This document shows positions 34,826 through 46,379 of a stretch of DNA of 58,414 nucleotides, piece after piece. This DNA comes from Malacoraja senta. Taxonomy: Eukaryota. Below the pieces are notes generated by a model. The model saw only the letters and a list, made by a program, of their open reading frames with translations, made no database searches and was not told where the DNA came from. The stretch lies in contig JAXLNO010000200.1 of the NCBI GenBank assembly GCA_038087875.1, positions 62,001 to 120,414 of the forward strand. Reading direction: 5' to 3'. Both the position numbers and the translations under genes were made by a program. Within the stretch, counting starts at the first letter, position 1. Each line of letters begins with the position of its first letter.

Positions 34826-37227
34826 AGAAACAAAAAAGCCGGAAATCTCCAGGACCTGACAATGTACCCCCTCTACTCTTAAGCTCTGTGCCAAACAGCT
34901 GGCACCGGTCTATACAGACATTTTTAACCAGTCCCGGCAAACCTGTACTGTCCCTGCCTGCTTCAAAGTCTCCACTATTGTCCCTGTACCCAAAAAGCCA
35001 AGGATTACTGGTCTTAATGACTGCAGGCCTGTCGCACTGACCTCTGTATTCATGAAGACACTCGAAAGGCTTGTGCTGGCCAAGCTGAAAAATATCACGA
35101 AACCCCTGCTGGACCCTCTGCAGTTTGCATATCGGGCCAATAGATCTGTGGATGATGCAGTCAACCTGGGCCTGCACTTTATCCTACAGCACCTAGACCG
35201 CCAGGGGACCTATGCGAGGATCCTGTTTGTTGATTTCAGCTCTGCATTGACACCATTGTGCCAGGGCTACTATGCTCCAAACTTTCCGAATTGACTGTGC
35301 CTGAACCCCTCTGTCAGTGCATCGCCAGCTTCCTGACAGAGAGGAAGCAGCATGTGAGGCTGGGAAAGCACATCTCAGACCCGCAAACGCTCAGCATTGG
35401 AGCACCGCGAGGCTGTGTACTCTCTCCTCTCCTCTACTCTCTCTACACCAACGATTGCACCTCCAGAGACACCTCTGTCAAGCTTCTCAAGTTTGCGGAT
35501 GACACAACCCTGATTGGACTGATCCAGGATGGGGAGGAATCTGCCTACAGACAGGAAGTGACACAGCTGGCATCCTGGTGCCATCGGAACAACCAAGAGC
35601 TCAATGCTCTTAAGACAATGGAATTGATTGTAGACTTTAGGAGAGCTCCCCCTCCCCTCTCCCCACTCACCATCAACAACCCCACAGTCACATCTGTGGA
35701 GTCTCTTAAGTTCCTGGGAACCATCATCTCCAAGGACCTTAAGTGGGGGGCTACCATCGACTCCACAGTCAAAAAGGCACAACAGAGGATGTACTTCCTA
35801 CGGCAGCTGAGGAAGCACAATCTGCCACAGGCCATGATGGTCCAATTCTACACCGCCATCGTACAGCCTGTTCTCACCTTCTCCATCATGGTCTGGTTTG
35901 GCTCAGCCACCAAGCACGACACCTGGAGGCTGCAGCGAATCGTCCGATCAGCAGAGAAAGTTATTGGCTGCAACCTTCCCTCCATTGATGAACTGTACAC
36001 TGCAAGGTCCAGGAAGCAAGCGGGCAAGATCATCTCTGACCCCTCTAACCCTGGCCACAAACTCTTTGAATCACTTCCCACTGGAAGGCGACTCCGGACT
36101 GTCAAAGCTGCCACAATCAGACATGAAAATAGTTTTTATCCACGAGCAGTTGCTCGACTCAACAGCCAAAAATCTGCAGCCTCACTTTGATCTGGTATTT
36201 TGTTGGTTCACATGCTTGATCAATGGTGTTTTATACAATACAATACAATACAATTCAATACAATACCATTTATTGTAATTTGAACCTCAAATGAAGTTCA
36301 AACGAAATTTGGTTTCTGCAGTCATACAAACAAATAAAAAGAACCAAGACACAACACAATATACACAAACATCCATCACAGCGAATCTCCTCCTCGCTGT
36401 GATGGAAGGCAAAATCTCATCTCTCCCCTGCACTCCCCATTCTCCTCCTGATGTCAGAGTCAGAGCCCCCGGCGGGCGATGGTAAATAAGTCCCGCGGCC
36501 ATTAAAGCCGCGCCGGGCGATGCAAGGCCACGCTCCGGGTCTGGATGTTGGAGCCCCCTATAGCGCTAGCCAGTCCCGCGGCCATTAAAGCCGCGCCGGG
36601 CGATGTTAGACCCAGCTCCAGGTCATCTTCAATCCCGCAACTCGGGCGGGAGAAGTTGCCGTTGCGGAAGCCCAGAAAAGCGGTCTCCCACCAGGGACCC
36701 GCGAGTTCCCGATGTTACCGTCCACCAGACCTGCGGCTGGAGCCTCCGAATCTCCGGGGTCGGGTCACAGCCGCGCGTCACCGCAGCTCTCCACGCTCCG
36801 AACTCGGCCAGCTCCACGATGGTGAGTAGTCCACAGGCTCCGCGACTGGAGCCCCAGGTCGTTCCGGTTGGAGGCCGCTCCACGGTGCTAGGCCCCAACG
36901 ACAACGGAGACCCGACAGAGAAAGGTCGGGTCCTCCATACAGGGAAGAGATTTTTTTAAGTTTCCCCCTCCCCCCCCACATATACACAGTTACAAACAAT
37001 ATAAAAAAACACAAACAACTACATTTAACTAGACAAAAATAAAAAAAAGACAGATGGACTGCAGTCGAGCCGCTGCCGTTAGGCGCCGCCACAATAATGT
37101 TTTATTATTATTAATGTTTAGTGTTTTCTGAGTCATTCGTAACTCTCACTGTATGTCATGTTGTTACTTGTGGGTGGAGCACCAAGGCAAATGCATGTGA
37201 ATATTTGGCCAATAAAATTACTTACTT
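34826..37227 (+). mobile_element. second Rex1/Babar-like subfamily LINE, 5'-truncated, 3' UTR split by a retroposon
   Basis: [25 protein letters not shown] and KAQQRMYFLRQL. Tail AATAAAATTACTTACTT near 37211-37227. Confidence 0.85.
36235..37091 (-). mobile_element. GC-rich non-tRNA retroposon, apparently full-length (857 bp)
   Basis: 14-bp TSD with 2 mismatches (CAATGGTGTTTTAT / CAATAATGTTTTAT). 5' end TGGCGGCGCC; 3' hairpin, ACAATAAA and (TATTG)n tail. Confidence 0.8.
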
Positions 37228-37744
37228 CCTTAAATCCATCCAGTGATTAGGCCTCCACTGCCCTCTGTGGCAGGGAATTCCACAAATTCACAACTCTCTG
37301 GGTGAAAACGTTTTTTCTCACCTCAGTCTTAAATGGCCTCCCCTTTATTCTAAGACTGTGGCCCTTGGTTCTGGACTCGCCCAACATTGGGAACATTTTT
37401 CCTGCATCTGGCTTGTCCAGTCCTTTTATAATTTGATATGTTTCTATAAGATCACCCCTCATCCTTCTAAACTCCAGTGAATACTAACCTAGTCTTTTCA
37501 ATCTTTCTTCATATGACAGTCAATCTCGTGAGCCTACGCTGCACTGCCTCAATCACAAGGATGTCCTTCCTCAAATTAGGAGACCAAAACTGTACACAAT
37601 ACTCCAGATGTGGTTTTACCAGAGCCCTATACAACTGCAGAATAAGCTCTTTACACCTATACTGAAATCCTCTTGTTATGAAGGCCAACATTCCATCAGC
37701 GTTCTTCGCTGCTTGCTGTACCTGCACGCCAGTGTCCTTGTACA

Positions 37745-38450
37745 CCGGTCACTGAAAGTTGGCATGCAGGTACAGTAGGCAGTGAAGAAAGCTAATGGAA
37801 TGTTGGCCTTCATAACAAGAGGATTTCAGTATAGGATACAGTGGTTCTTCTGCAATTGTATAGGGCTCTGATAAGACCACATCTGGAGTATTGCGTACAG
37901 TTTTGGTCTCCTAATTTGAGGAAGGACATCCTTGTCATTGAGGCAGTGCAGCGTAGGTTCACAAGATTGATCCCTGGGATGGCGGGACTGTCATATGAGG
38001 AATGATTGAAAAGACTAGGCTTGTATTCACTGGCGTTTAGAAGGATGAGGGGGTATCTTATAGAAACATATAAAATTATAAAAGGACTGGACAAGCTAGA
38101 TGCAGGAAAAATGTTCCCAATGTTGGGCGAGTCCAGAACCAGGGGCCACAGTCTTAGAATGAAGGGGAGGCCATTTAAGACTGAGGTGAGAAAAAACTTT
38201 TTCACCCAGAGAGTTGTGAATTTGTGGAATTCCCTGCCACAGAGGGCAGTGGAGGCCAAATCGCTGGATGGATTTAAGAGAGAGTTAGATAGAGCTCTAA
38301 GGGCTTGTGGACTCAAAGGATATGGGGAGAAGGCAGGCACGGGTTATTGAGTGGGGACGATCAGATATGATCACAATGAATGGCGGTGCTGGCTTGAAGG
38401 GCCGAATGGCCTCCTCCTGCACCTATTTTCTATATTCTATGCTTCTATCT
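37745..38450 (+). mobile_element. CR1 3' fragment, inverted relative to the adjacent copy
   Basis: ORF 38006-38350 is the CR1 RT C-terminus, followed by the 3' tail. Confidence 0.85.
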
Positions 38451-39320
38451 TTCCAACCACCGAAGTCAGGCTAAACATATGGTCATCAACACCCATTCAG
38501 CAACTGTGGGCAATCCCATCTCCCTCCATCACATGGGCAAACCCACTGCCAGTCACAGGCAAGCCCATTGCCACAGGGGCACAGGGGCAAACTCACTGCC
38601 CTCAGTTACAGGGCAAGCCTACTGCCCTTAGGCAAAGATCAAGCCCACTGCCCTCAGTCACAGGGGAAACCCGCCTACCATGAGGCATGGGGCTCATGAG
38701 GGTAAATTCATGACTATCCAGACACCTATAACCTTTGCTCAAAACATCATAGATGTGTTTTCTGAGAAACTTGCTGCTACAGATTTTCACTTGTCATTTA
38801 TTTCCTCAGTAACTGTAAGGTATCCAAAATTAGAATTTACACAAAACAAGTATTAAAAACTGACCATTTGCCAGTGCCATGATTCACAGTGCCTTTACTC
38901 TCTATGAACAATTTCATTCAAAGGTCTCACCTCCTTTCTCAAATAAAACCAAGCTTGTGACACTGTGACACTCGGAGCTGATAATCGGTTGCACATTCGA
39001 AGCAAAGGAAAAGACAAAAGAAGAAAGCCTGAATAATAACAACATCTATATAACTAAAAGTCTCATCTTGACAACTTCCTGTCTATGCTGTAATTTGATT
39101 TTAGAAAAAATGCTATTATATATCGCTATGATTTTTGGCCATCATGCTCACAGTCCTCCTCCGCTGATGCAGCCCTGAGGATTTTTCCGATGGATGAAAA
39201 ATAAAAAAGTTATGAATGTTTACAAAATCTTGAGATCAGCTGATTGGTCCTCTCGCCTGTCAGTCACCATGATGAAAGTAACATCCCCTCTGGTGGGGTG
39301 GGGGCTGGAGTATAAAGCCC

Positions 39321-41845
39321 AAATGGTATGAAATTGCAATTGAATTTGGTGGCCTGCACTCTGCTTGAAATTGTATGAAATTGCATTTGAATTTGGTGGC
39401 CAGCACTCTGATTGAAATGGTATGAAATTGCATTTGAATTTGGTGGCCTGCACTCTGCTTGAAATGGTATGAAATTGAATTTGAATTTGGTGCCTTGCAC
39501 TCTGCTTGAAATGGTATCAAATTGCATTTGAATTTGGTGGCCTGCACTCTGCTTGAAATGGTATGAAATAGAATTTGAATTTGGTGGCCTGCACTCTGTT
39601 AGAAATGGTATGAAATTGAATTTGAATTTGGTGGCCTGCACTCTGCTTGAAATGGTATGAAATTGCTTTTGAATTTGATGGCCAGCACTCTGATTGAAAT
39701 GGAATGAAATTGCAATTGAATTTGGTGGCCTGCACTCTGCTTGAAATGGTAAGAAATTGAATTTGAATTTGGTGCCTTGCACTCTGCTTGAAATGGTATC
39801 AAATTGTTTTTTTTTGTGTTGTTTATTTCGTTTTGGTTAGTCTAGTTTTTGGTTTTTAGTTTGTGTTTTGGGGGGGGTGGGGGGTTGTAACGGGGTTTGC
39901 AGTCTCTCCCTGTGGGGGAATGCGACTTTTTGTCATATTCCCCTTCTCTGCCTCCGTCTGCGCTGAGGCCTAATGGAGGTGGCGACATCGAGGCTCCGGA
40001 GGCAGAGCCCGTCAGGACTCGCCCTAAGCTCGCTCCCGTGAGGGTGGTCCGGCTCAGGGCTGGAACAGTGCTCCCGTGAGCGCCCAAGTCGGGGTGGCCC
40101 GGCCTGGGGAAGAAGCGACGCCCAAGTCGGGGCGGCCCGGCCTGGGGAAGAAGCGACGCCCAAGTCGGGGCGGCCCGGCCCGGGGGAGAAGCGACGCCCA
40201 TGTCGTAGCGGCCCGGCCCGGGGGAGGTTCAGCGCCCATGTCGGGGCGGCCCGGCTCGGGGGGGAGGTTCGGCGCCCAAGTTGGGGCGGCCCAGCCCGAG
40301 GCTGAAGATGGCACGGTACTCACGTGAGGGTGGCTAGGACGGTGTTCTGGCGCTGGTGGCCTGAGTCCGGGGTTCGGCCGCGGGCCAGCGGCTGCGTCTG
40401 CAGGACTGGTGGGCGGCAGCTTCGACCACCCCGAGCCGTGGGAAACATCGCCCGGGGGGTATCGCCTCAGCGCAGAGGGAGAAGAGGAGGGAAGAGACTG
40501 CAGACCTAAGACTTTTGCCTCCATCACAGTGAGGAGATGTTGGGTGGACTCACTGTGGTGGATGTTAATATGTGTTTATTGTTGTTTTATGTATGACTGT
40601 TGCAATTTCGTTCAGACTTCGGTCTGAATGACAATAAAGGGCTATCTATCTATCTATCTATCTATCCATTTGAATTTGGTGGCCTGCACTCTGCTTGAAA
40701 TGATATGAAATTGCATTTGAATTTGGTGGCCCGCACTCTGCTTGGAATGGTATTAAATTGCATTTGAATTTGGTGGCCTGCACTCTGCTTGAAATGGTAT
40801 GAAATTGCATTTGAATTTGGTGGCCAGCACTCTGATTGAAATGGCATGAAATTGCATTTGAATTTGGTGGCCTGCACTCTGCTTGAAATGGTATGAAATT
40901 GAATTTGTTGCCTTGCACTCTGCTTGAAATGGTATGAAATTACATTTGAATTTGGTGGCCTGCACTCTGTTTGAAATGGTATGAAATTGCATTTGAATTT
41001 AGTGGCTTGCACTCTGCTTGAAATGGTATGAAATTGTATTTGAATTTAGTGGCTTGCACTCTGCTTGAAATGATATGAAATTGCATTTGAATTTGGTGGC
41101 CTTCACTCTGCTTGAAATGATATGAAATTGCATTTGAATTTGGTGGCCTGCACGCTGCTTGAAATAGCATGAAATTGCAATTGAAATTGGTGGCTGCACT
41201 CTGCTTGAAATGGTATGAAATTGCATTTGAATTTGGTGGCCTGCACTCTGCTTGAAATGGTATGAAATTGAATTTGAATTTGGTGGCCTGCACTCTTTTA
41301 GAAATGATATGAAATTGCATTTGAATTTGGTGGCCTGCACTCTGCTTGAAATGGTATGAAATTGCATTTGAATTTGGTGGCCTGCACTCTGCTTTAAATG
41401 CTATGAAATTGAATTTGGTGACCTGCACTCTGCTTGAAATGCTATGAAATTGAATTTGGTGGACTGCCCTGCGTGAAATGGTATGAAATTGCATTTGAAT
41501 TTGGTGACCTGCACTCTGCTTGAAATGGTATGAAATTGAATTTGAATTTTGGTGGCGTGCACTCTGTTAGAAATGGTATGAAATTGACTTTGAATTTGGT
41601 GGCCTCAGTCTGCTTTAAATGGTATGAAATTGAATTTGAAATTGGTGGACTGCACTCTGCTTGAAATGGTATGAAATTGCATTTGAATTTGGTGGCCTGC
41701 ACTCTGCTTGAAATTGTATGAAATTGCATTTGAATTTGGTGCCTTGCACTCTGCTTGAAATGGTATGAATTTGAATTTGGTGGCCTGCACTCTGCTTGAA
41801 ATGCTATGAAATTGAATTTGGTGGCCTGCACTCTGCTTGAAATGG
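39321..41845. repeat. 47-bp minisatellite array (39321-39806 and 40667-41845)
   Basis: Unit GAATTTGGTGGCCTGCACTCTGCTTGAAATGGTATGAAATTGCATTT, interrupted by a retroposon. Confidence 0.95.
39807..40666 (+). mobile_element. GC-rich non-tRNA retroposon family copy with internal ~38-bp tandem repeats
   Basis: Splits a satellite unit at aaattg|catttg. 3' end ATTTCGTTCAGACTTCGGTCTGAATGACAATAAA plus (CTAT)n. Confidence 0.8.
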
Positions 41846-42529
41846 AAGTTCAAGTGAACTGCCAGCCCACCAGCCCTGAGTGATTGATCTGCCAGCCCAC
41901 CAGCCCTAAGTAACTGAGCTGCCAGCCCACCAGCCCTGAATGACTGGGCTGCCAGCCCACGAGACCTGAGTGACTGAGCTGCCAGCCAGCCCACCAGGCC
42001 TGAGTGACTGAGCTGCTAGCCTACCAGGCCTGAGTGACAGAGCTGCCAGCCCACCAAGCCTGAGTGACTGAGCTGCCAGGCCACCAGGCCTGAGTGACAG
42101 CTGCCACCAAGAATCCATTCGACCCACAATGTCCATACTAGCCCTCTGGAAACCAGTCCATTTGGCCCACAACATCCATACTAGCGCTCCAGAAAGCTCC
42201 CCCCCACTCCCCCACTCCCCACTGGCCACCAACATTGGAATTGGTGGAGAGGTGCGATATTGCATTGGGGGACCAGCCCTCCCATGTGAACATGGGACCC
42301 AACAGGTCCCACTTAGGCTAGTCCCACTTAAAGTAAGGAGCACAGTGAATCTTATGCAAGCCTGTGTTTTTACTGGATTAATTGGAGCCTGCAAAGATTC
42401 CTCACCCACAGGTAGTCCAGGATGGGTTGCTGCCTCCAGGATAAGCAGGACCCACAAACATCTATATGCAATTCTGATTGTTAAACTATAGGAGGGGAGT
42501 GATTATGTAGGCAAGGGTGTCGAGGAAAT

Positions 42530-43080
42530 TAACCAGGAAGTTGCCTGGGATAGAGTGTTTCAGTTATAAAAAGGGTTATGTGTCTGGGATTATGGGGAGA
42601 AGACAAGAGAATGGGGTTGTGAGGGAAAGATAGATCAGCCAAGATTGAATGGCGGAGTAGACTTGATGGGCCGAATGACCTAATTCTGCTCCTAGAACAT
42701 GAACTATGTAGAGAGACTGAACAGGCTGCATTGTTTTTCATTTAGAGGAGGAAGCTGAGAGAGGATACAAAATTCTGATGGAATTTGGAATCTTGTTCAC
42801 CTGAGCAGAAGTGTTTAAATATAAGCGGGCATAGTTTTAGGGTAATGGGCAAGAGGTTTTAGAGGGTATCTGAGAATGCTTTTCATCCAGAGGGTTATTA
42901 CAATTTGGAATACACTGCATGAGTGGATGATGAAGGCAGAGGCTTTTGAAGGAACACTCAAACCACCAAGGCATTGGAGGCTAAGGATCAAGCGGTAGTA
43001 AAAATGGATTAGTATGGATGGGCACTTGGTTGGCATGGATATGGTGGGCAGAAAGGCTTATTTCTGTGCTGTATGACGTA
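42530..43080 (+). mobile_element. degraded CR1 3' fragments
   Basis: CR1-type C-terminal and 3' UTR motifs; a short tail piece is nested at about 42590-42705. Confidence 0.55.
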
Positions 43081-43198
43081 GCATTAAACACTAACATATA
43101 TATGTAAAAACTGACATGTGTGGACTAGTTACCAGAAGCACAGCTTAATTGGAGAACCCGCAAGACCTTTAGAAAACCATTTAATTGCATTTACTCAC

Positions 43199-43341
43199 GG
43201 ATTGCTGGCATGTTAGAGAGTGCCACAAACTGGGGACGGTGCACTATTCTGATGTCAAAGGTTGCCTTCATAGCAGGTTCATCAAAGCATGGGAAAACTG
43301 ATCGAGCATATACCGGTTCCATCTGTGATGCAATGACGGTT
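43199..43341 (-). CDS. LVRN: M1 aminopeptidase (laeverin/aminopeptidase Q-like), internal coding exon, probably exon 2
   Basis: 143-nt exon with acceptor ttttcttcattcAG and donor GTgagt. It encodes TVIASQMEPVYARSVFPCFDEPAMKATFDIRIVHRPQFVALSNMPAI, containing the M1-family FPCFDEP motif. ASQxEP resembles LVRN more than ANPEP (from memory). Ends in phase 1. Confidence 0.85.
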
Positions 43342-43509
43342 CTGAATGAAGAAAAAGCAACATGAATTTTGTCTTTTCCTTTAAGACAAAAAAGAAAAAA
43401 GTACACAAGTAGAAATGATAGATATTCTGGATTATATATCTTCCTGTAGACCATTCGCTGACATTCACAGAGAGCAATATTGGATATAAACCACGGTTAG
43501 AACCCATTA

Positions 43510-43800
43510 GATGGAGAACCAGAAGACATAGGTTTAAGGTGAGGGGGAAAAGATTTAATAGGAACCTGAGAGGCAACGTTTTTACACAAAGGGTGGTGGG
43601 TGTATGAGCTGCCAGAGGAGGTAGATGAGGCAGATACTATCACAACATTTAAGAAACATTTAGACAGGTACATGGATAGGATAGGTTTATAGGGATCTGG
43701 GCCAAACGTGGGCAGGTGGGACTAGTGTGGATGAGGCATGTTGGTCGTGCGTGGGCAAGTTTAGCCAAAGGGCCTGTTTCCACATTGTATGACTATGATC
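43510..43800 (+). mobile_element. CR1 3' fragment (older family)
   Basis: agaaccagaagacataggtttaagg...gggcctgtttccacattgtatgactatga. Confidence 0.7.
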
Positions 43801-44310
43801 ATTGACCCTGTCAGGTCTATAGAAGAATTCTCCATTTTCCTGGGATTCATTGATGTTGCTACCACTATAGCTTATAGTTTGGGCATCTTGTACTTGGCTG
43901 CTACAGGTGTCATCAAATGGAGGACACTCAAGCCTTTCTGTGCATCCTTGTACCCAATGAAAAATAACATAACAAAAGTATCCAACAACAGAAACACATT
44001 CATTTTCCTTTTGCACTCCCTATGCAAGTCATCGCCATCAGTAGTAAAGCTGAAGTTCTGCACATTTCCAAGATCCAGGCCTCAGGACGATTTTCCATAG
44101 AACGTGATATAATGGAATTTTCCTCTGCCCAAAACTAGCCATTTTATGTGATTGGAATCCGGTGCAGAAATCATCTCAATCCCAAGGCAGGATTCACCAA
44201 GCGGTCAATACTCTAGGATGAACTGAACAAACTAGTTACTCACTGTCAACAACTCTTCCATCCGAGGCTAGGATGCTGTCTTCTTCACACACTAGCACAG
44301 GCTGCATATA

Positions 44311-44612
44311 TTTTAGTTTAGTTTAGCGATGCAGTGTGGATACAGGCCCTTCGGCCAACTGAGTCCACATTGACCAGCGATCAGCCATACACTAGTTCTA
44401 TCCTTCACACTAGGGATAATTTACAGAAGCCAATTAACCGACACACCTGCACGTCTTTGGAATGTTGAAAGAAATCGGAGCACAGGAGAAAACCCACACG
44501 GTGACAGGAAGAATGTGCAAGCTACATACAGGCAGCATCCGTAGTCAGGATCAAACTCAGATCCTTAGCACTGTAAGGAAGAAACTCTACCGCTGCACCA
44601 ATGTGCCGCTGC
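44311..44612 (-). mobile_element. tRNA-derived SINE (HE1-like)
   Basis: Homologous to 3686-3947, with a (TTTAG)n tail on the plus strand. Confidence 0.8.
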
Positions 44613-44743
44613 ACCAATGTGCCGCCCCACCAGGCTGCGTTTTCCAACCTGGCTCACACTCTACAGAGAGTGAAGGAGTGAAGGTGTTATGATAAACCAC
44701 TATGGCAAAAGAGCACCTCACCAGCTGTGCAGATTCAGGAGTC

Positions 44744-45155
44744 AATAGACAATAGACAATGGGTGCAGAAGTAGGCCATTCGGCCCTTCGAGCCAGCACC
44801 GCCATTCAATGTGATCATGGCTGATCATCCCCAATCAGTACCCCGTTCCTGCCTTCTCCCCATATCCCCTGACTCCGCTATCTTTAAGAGTCCTATCTAG
44901 CTCTCTCTTGAAAGTATCCAGAGAACCGGCCTCCACCGCCCTCTGAGGCAGAGAATTCCACACTCACAACTCTGTGAGAAAAAGTGTTTCCTCTTCTCCG
45001 TTCTAAATGGCTTAACCCTTATTCTTACACTGTGGCCCCAGGTTCTGGACTCCCCCAACATCGGGAACATGTTTCCTGCCTCTAGCGTGTCCAAACCCTT
45101 AACAATCTTATAGGTTTCAATAAGATCACCTCTCATCCTTCTAAATTCCAGAGTC
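44744..45155 (-). mobile_element. CR1 3' fragment
   Basis: MRGDLIETYKI ORF; (aatagac)n tail. Confidence 0.85.
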
Positions 45156-45524
45156 GATGCCCATCAGCACTGCATGCATCACATTTTACCTGACTGGCCT
45201 AGATGTTCTTGTGCACCAACTCCAAATAAAAAAATGCTATTGTGCAATTGTAAGTGGTTTAATACGGAGCAGAGCACTGTGGTGCAAACCTCTGTCATGT
45301 GCCCCCTCCAGGTAACTTGACTCCTGACTTTTTGGCAGAATTTCTGTTTGACCTCACACCCTTTCCATTGTAAAACTCTCCCAAATAATGTGAACAATAT
45401 TTCCACACATAAACTTCATCAGCAATGAAAGATAACAGTTCTTTCTTGTAGAACAGCCAGCTTTTACTCACTTTAATTCCAATGGCCTGAGCAAAACACA
45501 ACATGCTAGACAAACTCAGCACTG

Positions 45525-45750
45525 AACATTCCCTCCACAGATGCTGCCTAACTTGCTGAGTTCCTCCAGCACTTTGTGCTTTGCTCAGAACTTCTGCAGT
45601 TCCTTGCATCTCCCATGAACCTCTGCTCACTTAAAGGGTCCCAACCCGAACCGTCGCCTATCCATGTACTCTAGAGATGCTGCTTGACCTGCTGAGTTAC
45701 TCAAGCATTTTATGTCCTTTAACATAAACCAACATCAACAGTTCTTTGTT
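45525..45750 (+). repeat. two tandem degenerate Penelope pLTR-like units
   Basis: agatgctgc...ctgagtt...agca...cagtt occurs twice and resembles 31190-31285. Confidence 0.5.
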
Positions 45751-46379
45751 GCTATCTAAATTGCTTCCTTTGATCTTACCCACAGCTCAATACAACCTCA
45801 CACATACCTCGAATGTGAAGGTCAAAGTCATGGTCAATGTTAGTTTTCTCGTCTCAGGCTGCTGCTGCAGATGCTGCCACGTCACATTTTTGCCTTTTGT
45901 TGCTGCATTAAGGAAGTCATAAAAATTCCACATACTGTTGGAGTCCAGTGGAACAGTCAGCAAGGGCGCAGAGACTTTCTGCCATGCAATTGTCTCCATA
46001 ACGTAACAATTCACAGACTCCACACATGCCCATACAGGCAGTTCTCTGGCAATACCAACCAGCCTGGGGTTGGCCATAGTCTCGTTGGGGCTAATGGTCA
46101 CCTTCCACATAGAAGATGCCACCTTTAAGCACTGTTCTTCACCAGCAGATCCTAGTGCCTCTGATCCTTTGGGAGTACTATTCCACACCACCTATTACTA
46201 CTGAGTTAGTTCACTCATTAGTGAAGCTGGAAGAGGGTTGCTTGCATTGTGGCATGTCCCTTTAAAATATGGTTGAGGCTTATGGATATAACATTATAAA
46301 CGTTTACATGTTGGTTGGTACAAATAGAGTTATAAAAGTTGAAGAATTCATTGCACAAATATATTAACTACACCATCAG

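Larger units (their letters stand above)
34665..37735 (-). mobile_element. CR1 3' portion (34665-34825 and 37228-37735) split by a Rex1-like LINE
   Basis: The CR1 sequence ctaactctctc|ttaaatccatccagtga rejoins across the insertion. Confidence 0.75.
39045..42321 (+). mobile_element. non-autonomous Helitron-like element, copy 2
   Basis: Start A|TCTATATAACTAAAAG, hairpin TGGGACCCAACAGGTCCCA at 42293-42311, end CTAG|T. Confidence 0.85.

Noticed and set aside
39321..41845. Regular 47-bp array as a CRISPR-like array or repeat-protein gene
   Set aside because: Units are head-to-tail with no unique spacers, there are no cas genes and the context is eukaryotic. The ORFs are by-products of the repeat.
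43191..43454. 87-aa ORF as a standalone gene
   Set aside because: Only 43199-43341 is aminopeptidase-like and bounded by splice sites; the rest is intron.
45180..46200. ORFs 45179-45406 and 45787-46191 as host exons
   Set aside because: No recognisable motifs or convincing splice context. They may be a very old LINE relic, but the evidence is too weak to call.
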